A DNA stretch of 64,000 bases from an uncultured virus (IMG/VR IMGVR_UViG_3300025767_000007) (IMGVR_UViG_3300025767_000007); one strand, 5' to 3'; shown: positions 29,496 to 39,501, counted from the stretch's first letter. Numbers and translations are program-made. The notes: generated by a model not told the origin, from the letters alone.

Positions 29496-30527
29496 ATGTC
29501 AGCTTTTATAAAAATTACAAATGGTAAGTATCGCACTTTTACAGTACATAACAAGGTACTGCAATTGGTAGCAGATTACAACGAAAAAGGCGGTTATGTA
29601 ACTGTCGTTGCAGATGACTCCTTTGGTGAGTTTGCAGATAAACAAATCCGTGTTAAAGTTAAAAGCATGGAAGATATTACTCCTGCTAATGCTGGTGAAG
29701 CATTTAACAAGGATGATACTCCTATTAAAGAAGTACATGATGCAGAATATGATGCAAAACGTTTAGAAGAAATTGCAGAACGTTTTGAGATTCTAGAAGA
29801 TATGACTGATGCCGCTATTGAAGGTACAGTTCGTGCAATGATTGTTGTAGGACCTCCAGGTGTTGGTAAGTCTTTTGGTGTTGAACGTACTCTTGAAAAA
29901 GCGGCTATGTTTGATAAAATTGCAAATATGGCTCCTCGTTTTGAGGTTGTTAAAGGTGCAATGAGTCCGATTGGTTTGTATTGTAAATTGTATCAATATT
30001 CAAATGCTGGTAATGTGCTAGTATTTGATGACTGTGATAGTGTTTTGATGGATGACTTATCCTTGAACATTCTTAAAGCGGCTTTGGATAGTTCTAAAAA
30101 ACGTATTATTTGTTGGAATACAGATTCTTCAATGTTACGTCGTGAAGGTGTTCCGGATCGTTTTGAATTTAAAGGTAGTGCTATCTTTATTACTAACATT
30201 AAATTTGATAATGTACGAAGTGCAAAACTTAAAGATCACCTTAGTGCTCTTGAGTCACGTTGTCACTATTTGGATCTTACACTTGATTCAGCATATGACA
30301 AGATGCTTCGTATCAAGCAAATAATGAGAGATGGTATGCTTAACTCATACAACTTCTCAGAAGAAGAAAACAAAATCATTTATGATTATGTTGAATCTAA
30401 CCAGGACAGGCTCCGTGAGCTTTCACTTCGTACAGTGATTAAGGTTGCAGACCTTTGCAAGATGACTGGTATAGATGGTAAATGGAAAAGGCTTGCAGAA
30501 ACCACAGTAATGAAACGAAGCTTCTAA
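29496..30527 (+). CDS. AAA+-type P-loop ATPase
   Basis: Walker A GPPGVGKS, Walker B VLVFDDCD, IFITN and an SRC Arg-finger; SD before ATG 29496. Confidence 0.85.
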   Translation: MSAFIKITNGKYRTFTVHNKVLQLVADYNEKGGYVTVVADDSFGEFADKQIRVKVKSMEDITPANAGEAFNKDDTPIKEVHDAEYDAKRLEEIAERFEILEDMTDAAIEGTVRAMIVVGPPGVGKSFGVERTLEKAAMFDKIANMAPRFEVVKGAMSPIGLYCKLYQYSNAGNVLVFDDCDSVLMDDLSLNILKAALDSSKKRIICWNTDSSMLRREGVPDRFEFKGSAIFITNIKFDNVRSAKLKDHLSALESRCHYLDLTLDSAYDKMLRIKQIMRDGMLNSYNFSEEENKIIYDYVESNQDRLRELSLRTVIKVADLCKMTGIDGKWKRLAETTVMKRSF

Positions 30528-30538
30528 AGGAGGTATAA

Positions 30539-30976
30539 ATGTTTAAGAAATCACTTTTAACTATTGCAACTCTAGCCCTTGTAAGTACAGGCGCTAGTGC
30601 GGCAGAGAATATGGAGGTAAAGTACAAGGATAAGGTTTGGAAAACTGTAGTCTCTACTGATTCGATGTCCGATTCTTCTTATTGTAAAGTTACCTCGGTT
30701 AAGCGAAAACATATTACTGCAAATCCTAGTATGGTTTATGTTAACACAAAAACTAATGGAATTGTAAGTTATCAGATACGTTTAGATAGTAATCCAGCAC
30801 TACCAAAGCAGACTTCTACGGTGCTAGAACGTGATACTGGATTTATTATGATCCCGTCTACCACTTATATTGGTAAGAGTAGAATGAGGATTGTAGGTAC
30901 TTCGGTTAAAGGTAAGTCTATATTCGAAGATGTAGATTTGCAGTCATTGAATATGGCAACAAAGGCTTGCCTATAA
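30539..30976 (+). CDS. Secreted/periplasmic hypothetical protein
   Basis: Sec signal peptide MFKKSLLTIATLALVSTGASA; AGGAGG SD. Confidence 0.75.
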   Translation: MFKKSLLTIATLALVSTGASAAENMEVKYKDKVWKTVVSTDSMSDSSYCKVTSVKRKHITANPSMVYVNTKTNGIVSYQIRLDSNPALPKQTSTVLERDTGFIMIPSTTYIGKSRMRIVGTSVKGKSIFEDVDLQSLNMATKACL

Positions 30977-31015
30977 AGAATATAGGTGTTGACATTCGCG
31001 TGGTGGCACCTATTA

Positions 31016-31043
31016 GTACCCTCCTTCGGGAGGGTACCTTTTT
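31016..31043 (+). terminator. Rho-independent terminator with C(UUCG)G tetraloop
   Basis: GTACCCTCC-TTCG-GGAGGGTAC followed by a T tract. Confidence 0.9.
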
Positions 31044-31062
31044 AATTCGGTAAACAAGAACA

Positions 31063-31091
31063 TTGACTTTTAAGTCGTTTGAAAGTATACT
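31063..31091 (+). promoter_or_regulatory. sigma70-type promoter (leaderless uvsW mRNA)
   Basis: TTGACT-17 nt-TATACT, with the ATG 6 nt downstream. Confidence 0.75.
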
Positions 31092-31097
31092 ATTAAT

Positions 31098-32552
31098 ATG
31101 TCAGGAATATGTACATTAGAAATAAGAGATGAGGTAAACGTTCGTTTTCACGAGCTATCGCCGAGTACTCGACGATCGTGTGAAGCAAAATTAAAATATA
31201 TGTTGCCTTATGCATATCATGTACCAGCCTACAGGCTAGGAAGATGGGATGGTAAGATTGGATTTTTTACAGCCGCTGGATCAACGTATTTGAATTTGCT
31301 TGATCGAGTTTTACCTATATTAGATAACGAAGGCTGGAGTGTTGAGCTTGTTGATAACAGAATTAAACATAGTTTCGAGTTTGAGCAAGTTACCGAAGAC
31401 ACTTTTTCTGGCATTACTTGGCCTAAAGGACATGTTGCAGAAGGACAATCTATTAAACTTAGAGATTACCAGATAGAATGTATTAATAGGTTCCTTGCTA
31501 ACCCGCATGGTGTACAAGAAATAGCAACAGGTGCAGGTAAGACATTAATGACAGCCGCATTGAGCTTAATGTGCGAGCCTTACGGTAGAACGTTGGTAAT
31601 TGTACCTAACAAAGATTTAGTTAAGCAGACTCAAGAAGATTATATTAATTTAGGTTTAGATGTTGGTGTATTTTTTGGTGATGAAAAGGATGCAAATCAT
31701 AAACATGTTATTGCTACATGGCAAAGCATAAATTCTTTAATTAAAAGATATAAAGATGGTAAGAGTAATGTTAGTATTGATATCTTAACAGATGATTTAA
31801 TTTGTGTTATGGTAGACGAAGTACACATGGCAAAAGCAGATGTACTTCGTACAATGCTAACAGGTCCTTTTGCAAATATTCCTATTAGGTGGGGTTTAAC
31901 AGGTACAATACCTAAAGAAGAACACGAATATATTAGTTTAATTTGTAGCCTAGGTGGAGTATTACATAGGCTACAGGCAAGCGAACTACAAGATAAAGGT
32001 GTTCTGTCAAATTGCAATGTTAAGATATTGCAATATCAAGATAGTGTTGAATATAATAACTATCAAGAAGAACTGTCGTTTCTTACTACTAACAAGGAAC
32101 GTATGACAGAGATAGCAAAGAAGATGGATACGATTAGTGATACAGGAAATACGTTGATATTAGTAGATCGGATTAAAACAGGTCAGATGCTAGAAGAAAT
32201 GCTACCTGATTGTGTATTTGTATCTGGATCAATGAAAAGTAAAGATCGTAAAGCAGAATATAATGAAGTGCAGACACTAGACAATAAGATTATTGTTGCA
32301 ACATACGGAGTTGCAAGTGTAGGCATTAATATACCTCGTATTTTTAACCTAGTATTAGTAGAACCGGGTAAGAGCTTTGTAAGAACTATTCAAAGTATAG
32401 GTAGAGGTATAAGAAAAGCAGAAGACAAGGACTTTGTACAGATATGGGATATTACTAGCAATGCAAAGTTCTCAAAAAGGCATCTAGGAAAACGAAAGAA
32501 GTTTTACGACGAAGCAAATTACCCACACGAAACACAGAAGGTAAAATATTAA
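31098..32552 (+). CDS. uvsW: SF2 DNA helicase UvsW
   Basis: WDGKI, LRDYQ, ATGAGKT, DEVH, GLTGT and QSIGRGIRK. Confidence 0.92.
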   Translation: MSGICTLEIRDEVNVRFHELSPSTRRSCEAKLKYMLPYAYHVPAYRLGRWDGKIGFFTAAGSTYLNLLDRVLPILDNEGWSVELVDNRIKHSFEFEQVTEDTFSGITWPKGHVAEGQSIKLRDYQIECINRFLANPHGVQEIATGAGKTLMTAALSLMCEPYGRTLVIVPNKDLVKQTQEDYINLGLDVGVFFGDEKDANHKHVIATWQSINSLIKRYKDGKSNVSIDILTDDLICVMVDEVHMAKADVLRTMLTGPFANIPIRWGLTGTIPKEEHEYISLICSLGGVLHRLQASELQDKGVLSNCNVKILQYQDSVEYNNYQEELSFLTTNKERMTEIAKKMDTISDTGNTLILVDRIKTGQMLEEMLPDCVFVSGSMKSKDRKAEYNEVQTLDNKIIVATYGVASVGINIPRIFNLVLVEPGKSFVRTIQSIGRGIRKAEDKDFVQIWDITSNAKFSKRHLGKRKKFYDEANYPHETQKVKY

Positions 32553-33058
32553 TGAACATTTTAACAGTAGACAATGAAACATATGATTTAGATAGACTTC
32601 CAACTGAAGTAGACGGAGATTTAAGGTATAGTGTATTAGATTATAGCAATGCCCAGGATGTAGACTATCTCTTTATACCTTTGGTATTCTTAGAAAGTTT
32701 TTCTTGCCCAGCCGCCGTGCTAAGGATTGGAGAAGCTGAAATTAAAATGCCATTAGACTGGAGTCTAATTATAGGAGAACCAGATCACGGAGAACCTGAG
32801 ATTGTAAATATAATGAGTTTGAATGACAGAGGCTTTAATGCATTTGAGTTTAATCCAGTAACTGGGTATAAGGCAAATTGGGTTCCGGTAGAAATTGTAA
32901 ATGTATACCAAGAAGTAAAATGGTATGTTCCTAAATTAAAGTTTGGTCATATTTTGACTGTACCATTGAACTCTGGTAAAGGATCTCCTTGTACATTTTT
33001 TCTCAAAGAGTCAACAAAGGTTCCTGAAGTACTTGACCTTAACAAGATTTGGTTTTAA
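32552..33058 (+). CDS. Hypothetical beta-rich protein (possible degenerate HINT fold)
   Basis: TAATG-coupled to uvsW; fold suggested only by pattern. Confidence 0.65.
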   Translation: MNILTVDNETYDLDRLPTEVDGDLRYSVLDYSNAQDVDYLFIPLVFLESFSCPAAVLRIGEAEIKMPLDWSLIIGEPDHGEPEIVNIMSLNDRGFNAFEFNPVTGYKANWVPVEIVNVYQEVKWYVPKLKFGHILTVPLNSGKGSPCTFFLKESTKVPEVLDLNKIWF

Positions 33059-33066
33059 ATAGTATT

Positions 33067-33552
33067 ATGCCAGCAAAGAAAAAAGCATCAGCAGTACATA
33101 AAGTTAATATACATGAGATAATGAATGCAATTGATTATCGTAATGGCAATTATTATACTGACTTAGATGATGAAAGTAAGAAGTCTGTTAGTACATATAT
33201 GGCACAACGTTGGGCGAGCCAGGTACAAGGATCGCAAGAAATACAGGAACATTACTTGCTAATGGTTAACGATTTAAGCAATATTGATTATATTGCAACT
33301 ACTAGCGGACATGAAGAATTACGTTATAGAGTTTTAGCATTAATTGGATTAGGACAAAAACTAAGGCATGAATTTGTTCCGCCTAAAGGAGCAAAAAAAG
33401 ATAAACTCAGAGAATGGCTTTTAGAGTTATTGCCTCATTGTAATGATGACGAGGTAGAATTGTTTAGAGAAATTAACGACTCATCGGTTCTACAGGATAT
33501 TGCAACGGCTAAAAACACGTCAGATAAAAAGTTAAAGGATTTGTTTAAATAA
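33067..33552 (+). CDS. Hypothetical protein, possibly clamp-loader small subunit-like
   Basis: IMNAID..YY..STYMAQRWAS pattern; replication-gene context. Confidence 0.5.
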   Translation: MPAKKKASAVHKVNIHEIMNAIDYRNGNYYTDLDDESKKSVSTYMAQRWASQVQGSQEIQEHYLLMVNDLSNIDYIATTSGHEELRYRVLALIGLGQKLRHEFVPPKGAKKDKLREWLLELLPHCNDDEVELFREINDSSVLQDIATAKNTSDKKLKDLFK

Positions 33553-33554
33553 GC

Positions 33555-34226
33555 ATGGGAAACGAATATCAGTGTAAATACTGTATGAAGAAGTTTGCTA
33601 GGGAACGTACTCTATCAAGCCATATGTGTGAAAAGAAAAGAAGGTGGATGTCAATAGATGAACCTTCATCTAGAATTGCTTTTCAAGTTTGGTACGACTT
33701 CATGAAGTATGTTGCTCCACAAACAAAGAAAGAAAGAAGCACAGACGATTTTATTCGTAGCCCAGATTATATAGGTTTTGTAAAGTTTGCTAATTACATT
33801 ATAGAACTTAGACCCAATGAAACAAATAAATTTATTAAATGGTTGTTTAAGCATAGTGTTAAACTTAGCAACTGGAATAAGAGAGAAACGTATTCTCTTT
33901 ATATACAAGAAAGTAGTAAGACAGAAACGGTTGAACGAGCAGTAGAACGCATGGTGTTGTTAATGAAGTCATGGAGCGAAGAAACCGGAAATTCTTGGGA
34001 ACAATACTTCCAGGAGGTACCAACAGCAACAGCCGTGAACTCGATAGTCATGGGAAGAATTAGTCCTTGGATCATATATTCGTCTAAGTCTGCACAAGAT
34101 TTATTAGATAGAATGGAACCAGGACAATTAGAGACGATAACAGGGAGCATAGACACAGAATGGTGGACAAGAAAAATCCAAAAGAGCCAGACGGAAGTGA
34201 CTTGGTGCAACAAAATTCTAAATTAA
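33555..34226 (+). CDS. Zinc-finger-containing hypothetical protein
   Basis: YQCKYCMKKFARERTLSSHMC at the N-terminus; GRISPW motif. Confidence 0.7.
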   Translation: MGNEYQCKYCMKKFARERTLSSHMCEKKRRWMSIDEPSSRIAFQVWYDFMKYVAPQTKKERSTDDFIRSPDYIGFVKFANYIIELRPNETNKFIKWLFKHSVKLSNWNKRETYSLYIQESSKTETVERAVERMVLLMKSWSEETGNSWEQYFQEVPTATAVNSIVMGRISPWIIYSSKSAQDLLDRMEPGQLETITGSIDTEWWTRKIQKSQTEVTWCNKILN

Positions 34227-34369
34227 AACAACATGTTGATAATTTAGAAAAATTAGAAAATAGAATTATGCTTTTTGACGAAAAACTTACTATGTTGACA
34301 CAAGAAATGATTGATATGAAGAACAGGCAAGAAGAACTAATACAGATTATTAAGCAGGGACTAAGATGA
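34160..34369 (+). CDS. Small coiled-coil hypothetical protein
   Basis: 69-aa heptad-rich ORF, ATGA-coupled to the next gene. Confidence 0.5.
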   Translation: MVDKKNPKEPDGSDLVQQNSKLKQHVDNLEKLENRIMLFDEKLTMLTQEMIDMKNRQEELIQIIKQGLR

Positions 34370-34950
34370 GTAGGCCAGACGTAGATATTGACTTTGGTAA
34401 TCGAGAGGAATTATTGCATATACTAAATGGAGTTCCTGCAATGATTTCTACTAACCAAGGTGCAACTAAACATAAGACTGGAGTATACTTTCATCCAGTT
34501 TCAGTTGATCCATTCACTGGTTGGTGTAACCTAGATCATAAAAAAGCAGAAGATGTAGGGTTCTTTAAGCTAGACTTACTTAATGTAAGTTTTTATTCTA
34601 AAGTAAAAGATAAAGAACAGTTAGATAAATTAATTGCTAAGGAGCCTATTTGGGAGTTATTAACACATGATGATTTTTCTAGTCAGCTCTTGCATGTCAA
34701 CGGACACGGAGATATACTTCGTGCAACAACTCCAACTTCTATTGAACAATTAGCCGCAGTATTAGCAATGATACGTCCTGCAAAACGTTATCTTATAAAC
34801 AAGAATTGGGATACTATAATGAAAGAGGTTTGGGTAAAACCTAAAACTAATGAATATTTCTTTAAGAAATCTCATGCAACAGCCTATGCTATTATGATTG
34901 TAGCACAGATGAATCTACTATGCGAAGAACTAACTAATCCATCTTCTTAA
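34366..34950 (+). CDS. Miniature DNA polymerase III alpha (DnaE) palm-like protein
   Basis: PDVDIDF, HKTGVY, GFFKLDLLNV, LAMIRP and FKKSHATAYA are family-C polymerase motifs, all within 194 aa. Confidence 0.8.
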   Translation: MSRPDVDIDFGNREELLHILNGVPAMISTNQGATKHKTGVYFHPVSVDPFTGWCNLDHKKAEDVGFFKLDLLNVSFYSKVKDKEQLDKLIAKEPIWELLTHDDFSSQLLHVNGHGDILRATTPTSIEQLAAVLAMIRPAKRYLINKNWDTIMKEVWVKPKTNEYFFKKSHATAYAIMIVAQMNLLCEELTNPSS

Positions 34951-35308
34951 CAAGACTAATTTGACGTCTTTTAGTTCTTTTTACAATTACATTTTCTAAA
35001 CTAGTTAAATGTCCAGCCAACATTTCAAAATCTTTGGTGGCATATGTTTGTAAGCAATATGAAAAGTTTTTCATTGTAGTTCTAAGAACAATATTAATTG
35101 GTAGTAACCGATTACTTCCCCACCACCATTCTTCACCTGCTTCAATAAATGCTAATTTCTCTTCTGATGTTTTTAAAAGGTCATACCGGTATACTGTAAC
35201 AACAGTATTATCGCTATTTTGTATGATTCCGACAATTTCCTTATCTGCATAGCGAACTAAACTCATAAAAGGAAATTCTTCTAAAAATTGCTGTATTTTT
35301 GTATCCAT
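34934..35308 (-). CDS. Hypothetical protein
   Basis: Start MDTKIQQ at 35308 follows a minus-strand TAAATA (35320-25); WWWGSNRLLPIN motif. Confidence 0.7.
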   Translation of the reverse strand: MDTKIQQFLEEFPFMSLVRYADKEIVGIIQNSDNTVVTVYRYDLLKTSEEKLAFIEAGEEWWWGSNRLLPINIVLRTTMKNFSYCLQTYATKDFEMLAGHLTSLENVIVKRTKRRQISLVKKMD

Positions 35309-35370
35309 ATTACTACTTCTATTTAGTAGGAGGACCAGCCGGTTGTTTGTCGTAACTGATAAATAAACAT

Positions 35371-36177
35371 ATGGGAACATTAAACTCAACAGTCGCGAAA
35401 GCAAACTTAAACTATGCAGGTGCCGGAACTGGTGCTTCGTTAACAAGACATCATGCTTCTTATACAGATAGAACTATTAGGTGGTTTCAAGGAGTTGATA
35501 ATCTATTAGATTTAACAATTTCTGGTAGTGATAGACGACCATTAAGTCTGCTACACAAAGAAGTCATGCTTATCCTATGGGATAACTACACCAGCACAAC
35601 TATATTTAAAAGACGTGCAATTCCAACAGTAGCAGAAAACGGAGAAGCAAGATTAACCATTTATGCAAGAGATTTAATGACCTCACCACCAGGACGTTAT
35701 ATGTTAAGTGCTACAATAGTAGACGGTAGAGGTCTTGAAACAGCATTAACATGGGATCGTTCACAACGGGCTCATTGGGACGTTGAAATTATGGAGGCAG
35801 TAGTGCCAATAGGTAGATCTACCTTTGAAATTACAGAATGGCCTCAAGCAGTAACAGGAACAGATTCGTTTGCAAGTTCATCTACAAACGGTCCATCATA
35901 TTATAGAAAAGATACCAGTCTATTTTCATCAGCAATATATGCAAGTAACTTTACTGGAACAGTTATACTTCAAGGTACTTTAGATGATGTAATCACTGAA
36001 GATACTTTATGGGCAGATTTGGTCCCTCAGGATTCAAACACTCCGATAATTACATATACAGGATTCACAGGAATTGATCCATTCAATTATTATGCAGGCG
36101 TAAGATGGCTTCGTACAATAATCACAACAGATGTCACTAATGCTGGTACATTAGATAAAATCCTAATTAGAGTATAA
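35371..36177 (+). CDS. Probable virion structural protein (beta-rich)
   Basis: TAAATA 5 nt upstream of the ATG; FTGTVILQGTL and GTLDKILIR motifs. Confidence 0.65.
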   Translation: MGTLNSTVAKANLNYAGAGTGASLTRHHASYTDRTIRWFQGVDNLLDLTISGSDRRPLSLLHKEVMLILWDNYTSTTIFKRRAIPTVAENGEARLTIYARDLMTSPPGRYMLSATIVDGRGLETALTWDRSQRAHWDVEIMEAVVPIGRSTFEITEWPQAVTGTDSFASSSTNGPSYYRKDTSLFSSAIYASNFTGTVILQGTLDDVITEDTLWADLVPQDSNTPIITYTGFTGIDPFNYYAGVRWLRTIITTDVTNAGTLDKILIRV

Positions 36178-36178
36178 A

Positions 36179-36367
36179 ATGAAATTTAAAAAACGTGAAT
36201 TAACAGACCTCGAGAACCGTCTGGTGGCTTTAGCTACGATACCTACATCTTTAGGAATATATTATCTATTTCTTTTGTATATAATACCTTGGTTGTATGA
36301 ACAATGGCCTATATTACAACATTACTTTTCAATGAAAATAGATCAAAACGGAATACATTTCTCTTGA
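36179..36367 (+). CDS. Small membrane protein
   Basis: Single hydrophobic segment. Confidence 0.5.
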   Translation: MKFKKRELTDLENRLVALATIPTSLGIYYLFLLYIIPWLYEQWPILQHYFSMKIDQNGIHFS

Positions 36368-36392
36368 CATTCACCCAATAATATACTATAAT
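36364..36392 (+). promoter_or_regulatory. sigma70-type promoter (leaderless primase mRNA)
   Basis: TTGACA-17 nt-TATAAT, with the ATG 6 nt downstream. Confidence 0.8.
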
Positions 36393-36398
36393 AGTATT

Positions 36399-37358
36399 AT
36401 GAATGTTGTAGAGTCTACACTCCGAGGTAATCTTCCTCCTTTAAAAACAAATAGTAGCGGTTGGCTGACTATGAATTGTCCTATGTGCATTCACAACGGA
36501 GAAAGCCGTCCTGATTCAAAAGGAAGAGGCGGTTGGCGTTTTGATAATGACAAAACAGCATACCATTGTTTTAACTGTGGGTATACAACTGGTTGGCGAC
36601 CTGGAAGTAAGTTAGGTTTCAAGTTAATTAAGTTGATGCGAATATTAGGCATTGACGAAGCTGAAATACAACGACTTAAAATTTTGTTATGGGATCAAGT
36701 TATTGAGGAAGTAGCAGAAGAAGAACAAGAAGTGTTTAATAAGGAATGGCCAGAAATTCCATATCCTTTTGAACTAACAGATTTAAGAGACGAGGCTGTT
36801 GAGTACCTAACAGGTAGAGGTATATTTGAATTAGCAAAGTGGGAGCAAACAGATCAAATAGGAATGAAACAACGTATTATTTTACCTTATACAGATAATT
36901 CAAAAGTAGTTGGTTATATGGCACGTTGGATAGGCGATCCTCCTAAAGGAACTGCTAAGATGTTAAGAAAGTCTCCAGATGAATTTGTTTTTAACTTAGA
37001 TAAGCAACCAAAGAAACGTAAATATACAATAGTATGCGAAGGTGAATATGATGCCTTAGCAATAGGCGGTGTTGCTATACTATCTAATAAAATTAGCAAA
37101 TATCAAGCACAACTAATTGAGGATTTAGATACAGAACCGGTAATGTTAGCAGACAAAGATCCAGGTGGTAAGTCGTTAGTTGAAGATGCAATTAACTTAG
37201 GATGGAATGTTAGTTTCCCAGACTGGCCAGCAGGAATAAAAGATGCAAATGAGGCAATATTGCATTTTGGAAGAGTAGCAACCTTGCAAAGTATATTAAT
37301 GGCGATTGAACACTCGCCTTTGAAGGTTAAATTATTAATGAGGAGATGGTGTGTATAG
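36399..37358 (+). CDS. DNA primase (T4 gp61/DnaG-type)
   Basis: Zn finger CPMC...HCFNC, YLTGRGI, TOPRIM CEGEYDAL and DKD, KDANE. Confidence 0.9.
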   Translation: MNVVESTLRGNLPPLKTNSSGWLTMNCPMCIHNGESRPDSKGRGGWRFDNDKTAYHCFNCGYTTGWRPGSKLGFKLIKLMRILGIDEAEIQRLKILLWDQVIEEVAEEEQEVFNKEWPEIPYPFELTDLRDEAVEYLTGRGIFELAKWEQTDQIGMKQRIILPYTDNSKVVGYMARWIGDPPKGTAKMLRKSPDEFVFNLDKQPKKRKYTIVCEGEYDALAIGGVAILSNKISKYQAQLIEDLDTEPVMLADKDPGGKSLVEDAINLGWNVSFPDWPAGIKDANEAILHFGRVATLQSILMAIEHSPLKVKLLMRRWCV

Positions 37359-37584
37359 TTTAACGTTGATCTGGAAAGAAGGACAAAATGATAATGCCTT
37401 TTGGGAAGAGGTAATCTTATGGATGACTACAGAATTTGGGTTACCCTCATATAAAGTAAGTAATTGGAAGGCTACCCCAACGTTACGTTGGGCATATCAA
37501 TCATCGCTGGACGAGATGAGATTTAAATTCCGTAATAAAGAAGACCAAATGTTAGCAAAACTTAGATGGGGCAATGATGGCTGA
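37351..37584 (+). CDS. Hypothetical protein
   Basis: GTG start with AGGAG SD; bridges the primase and helicase genes. Confidence 0.6.
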   Translation: MYSLTLIWKEGQNDNAFWEEVILWMTTEFGLPSYKVSNWKATPTLRWAYQSSLDEMRFKFRNKEDQMLAKLRWGNDG

Positions 37585-38971
37585 AAATGAAATTAAAGAA
37601 TATAGTTACGAATTACAGAAACTTTTTTTAGAGTTTCTTATTTCTAGCAGGGACTTGGCGGCTAGGTGTAATAATGTATTAGATCCAGAATACTTTGATC
37701 GTAGATTGCGACCAGCGGCAACATTTATTAAAGAATACATTACAGAACATAGTAACGTACCTGATGCAAAACAACTTTCAGCAGTTACTACTATAGAAAT
37801 ACAGGAAATTGGCGATAAAGCAGAAGAACATAAAAATTGGTTCTTAGATGAGTTTGAAGGATTTTCTAGACATAAAGCATTAGAAGGTGCAATTCTAACT
37901 AGTGCTGACTTGTTAGAAAAAAGCAATTACGGAGAAGTTGAAAACTTAATTAAAGCCGCAGTACAGGTTGGCCTTCCAAAAACATTTGGCACAAATTACT
38001 TTGAAAATCCTAAGTCCAGATTAGAAGGGCTTAAAGATGCAAATGGACAGTTAACAACCGGTTGGGCAACTGTTGATAATAAGCTATATGGTGGATTTAA
38101 TAGAGGAGAACTAAACATTTTTGCAGGTGCATCTGGTGCTGGTAAAAGTTTGTTCTTACAAAACTTAGGACTAAACTGGGCAAAAGCAGGACTGAATACT
38201 GTTTACTTTAGTTTAGAGCTTAGTGAGGGCTTATGTTCTATGAGAATGGACGCAATGTTAACTGGAACATCTACTAGAGATGTTTACAAGAAAATTGATG
38301 ACATTGATTTAAAAGTTCGTATGATTGGTAAAAAAGCAGGGTGTCTACAAATTGTACAGTTACCAAATAGTGTTACTGCAAACGATTTATTAGCATGGAT
38401 TAGAGAATTTCAAACACAACGTAAGATACATGTTGATGCAATACTTGTAGATTACTTAGACTTAATGATGCCAGCAGGACAAAAAATTAGTGTTGCTGAT
38501 TTGTACATTAAAGATAAGATTGTTAGTGAGGAATTAAGAAACTTAGCAGTTACTGAAAATCTATTATTTGCAACTGCATCTCAGTTAAACAGAAGTGCGG
38601 TAGAAAGTGTTGAATTTGACCATAGTATGATTGCTGGTGGTTTAAGTAAGATACAAACGGCAGACAATGTGTTTGGTATCTATAGTACTCCAAGTATGCG
38701 AGAAAGAAATAGAGTACAACTACAGTTTATGAAGACAAGAAGCAGTAGTGCAGTAGGACAAAAACTTGAATTAGACTTTGATCCAACAACATTGCTAATT
38801 TCTGATTTAGCAGATGATGCTGAACCGATTGCAAATTCGGCAACTACGGTGTTTAATAAATTGCATAAAACATCTAGTACAATAATTTCGTCAGCAGAGC
38901 AACCACAAGCAACATCTTCTTCTGTTAATAGGGATAAACTTAGAGGATTAGGATTAACGAGAGATGTCTAA
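37574..38971 (+). CDS. dnaB: Replicative DNA helicase (DnaB/T4 gp41-like)
   Basis: GASGAGKS, SLELSE, VDYLDLM, TASQLNR and KTR motifs. Confidence 0.93.
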   Translation: MMAENEIKEYSYELQKLFLEFLISSRDLAARCNNVLDPEYFDRRLRPAATFIKEYITEHSNVPDAKQLSAVTTIEIQEIGDKAEEHKNWFLDEFEGFSRHKALEGAILTSADLLEKSNYGEVENLIKAAVQVGLPKTFGTNYFENPKSRLEGLKDANGQLTTGWATVDNKLYGGFNRGELNIFAGASGAGKSLFLQNLGLNWAKAGLNTVYFSLELSEGLCSMRMDAMLTGTSTRDVYKKIDDIDLKVRMIGKKAGCLQIVQLPNSVTANDLLAWIREFQTQRKIHVDAILVDYLDLMMPAGQKISVADLYIKDKIVSEELRNLAVTENLLFATASQLNRSAVESVEFDHSMIAGGLSKIQTADNVFGIYSTPSMRERNRVQLQFMKTRSSSAVGQKLELDFDPTTLLISDLADDAEPIANSATTVFNKLHKTSSTIISSAEQPQATSSSVNRDKLRGLGLTRDV

Positions 38972-39454
38972 ATTTTCTTTTTCATCTCTTGGTGGAACAA
39001 TATCTGGAGTTTCTTCAGCAGTCTCACCGTCATCAAATTCTACGTTTTTATCATCTTTAGCATCTGATGTTGCGGATAGGTTATAATTCTGAATGGTATT
39101 CCTTAATCTAATAGTTAATGCGGCATCATCAGCAATAATATCAGCCATTGCTATAAAAGCAACTGTAATTAATTTCATTTCGCTTGTTCCCATAGGAGCA
39201 CCACTTCGCATTTTGTTTAATGCTTGTACAAACCTAGATTGTAATTCATCACTAACTAAAGGTCTTAATGTAATTTTTAAGCGATTTAATTCAGTAGTAG
39301 TAATGTCATGGGATACATTGCCTGTTGTTTTTGATACTTTTTCCTTAGGAGGATTGTTACCAACTGATCCGTCAGCACCTGATGTTGATGAAAAATCTTC
39401 GTTAATAACAGATAAACGATTAATAAATTCACGTATTTCTTGGGCAGATGTCAT
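38954..39454 (-). CDS. Hypothetical (probable head-internal) protein
   Basis: Minus-strand AGGAGA SD and TAAATA (39479-84). Confidence 0.65.
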   Translation of the reverse strand: MTSAQEIREFINRLSVINEDFSSTSGADGSVGNNPPKEKVSKTTGNVSHDITTTELNRLKITLRPLVSDELQSRFVQALNKMRSGAPMGTSEMKLITVAFIAMADIIADDAALTIRLRNTIQNYNLSATSDAKDDKNVEFDDGETAEETPDIVPPRDEKENLDISR

Positions 39455-39501
39455 GTTTTCAAATGTCTCCTATGAATGTATTTACCATAAATAGAGTTAC
39501 T

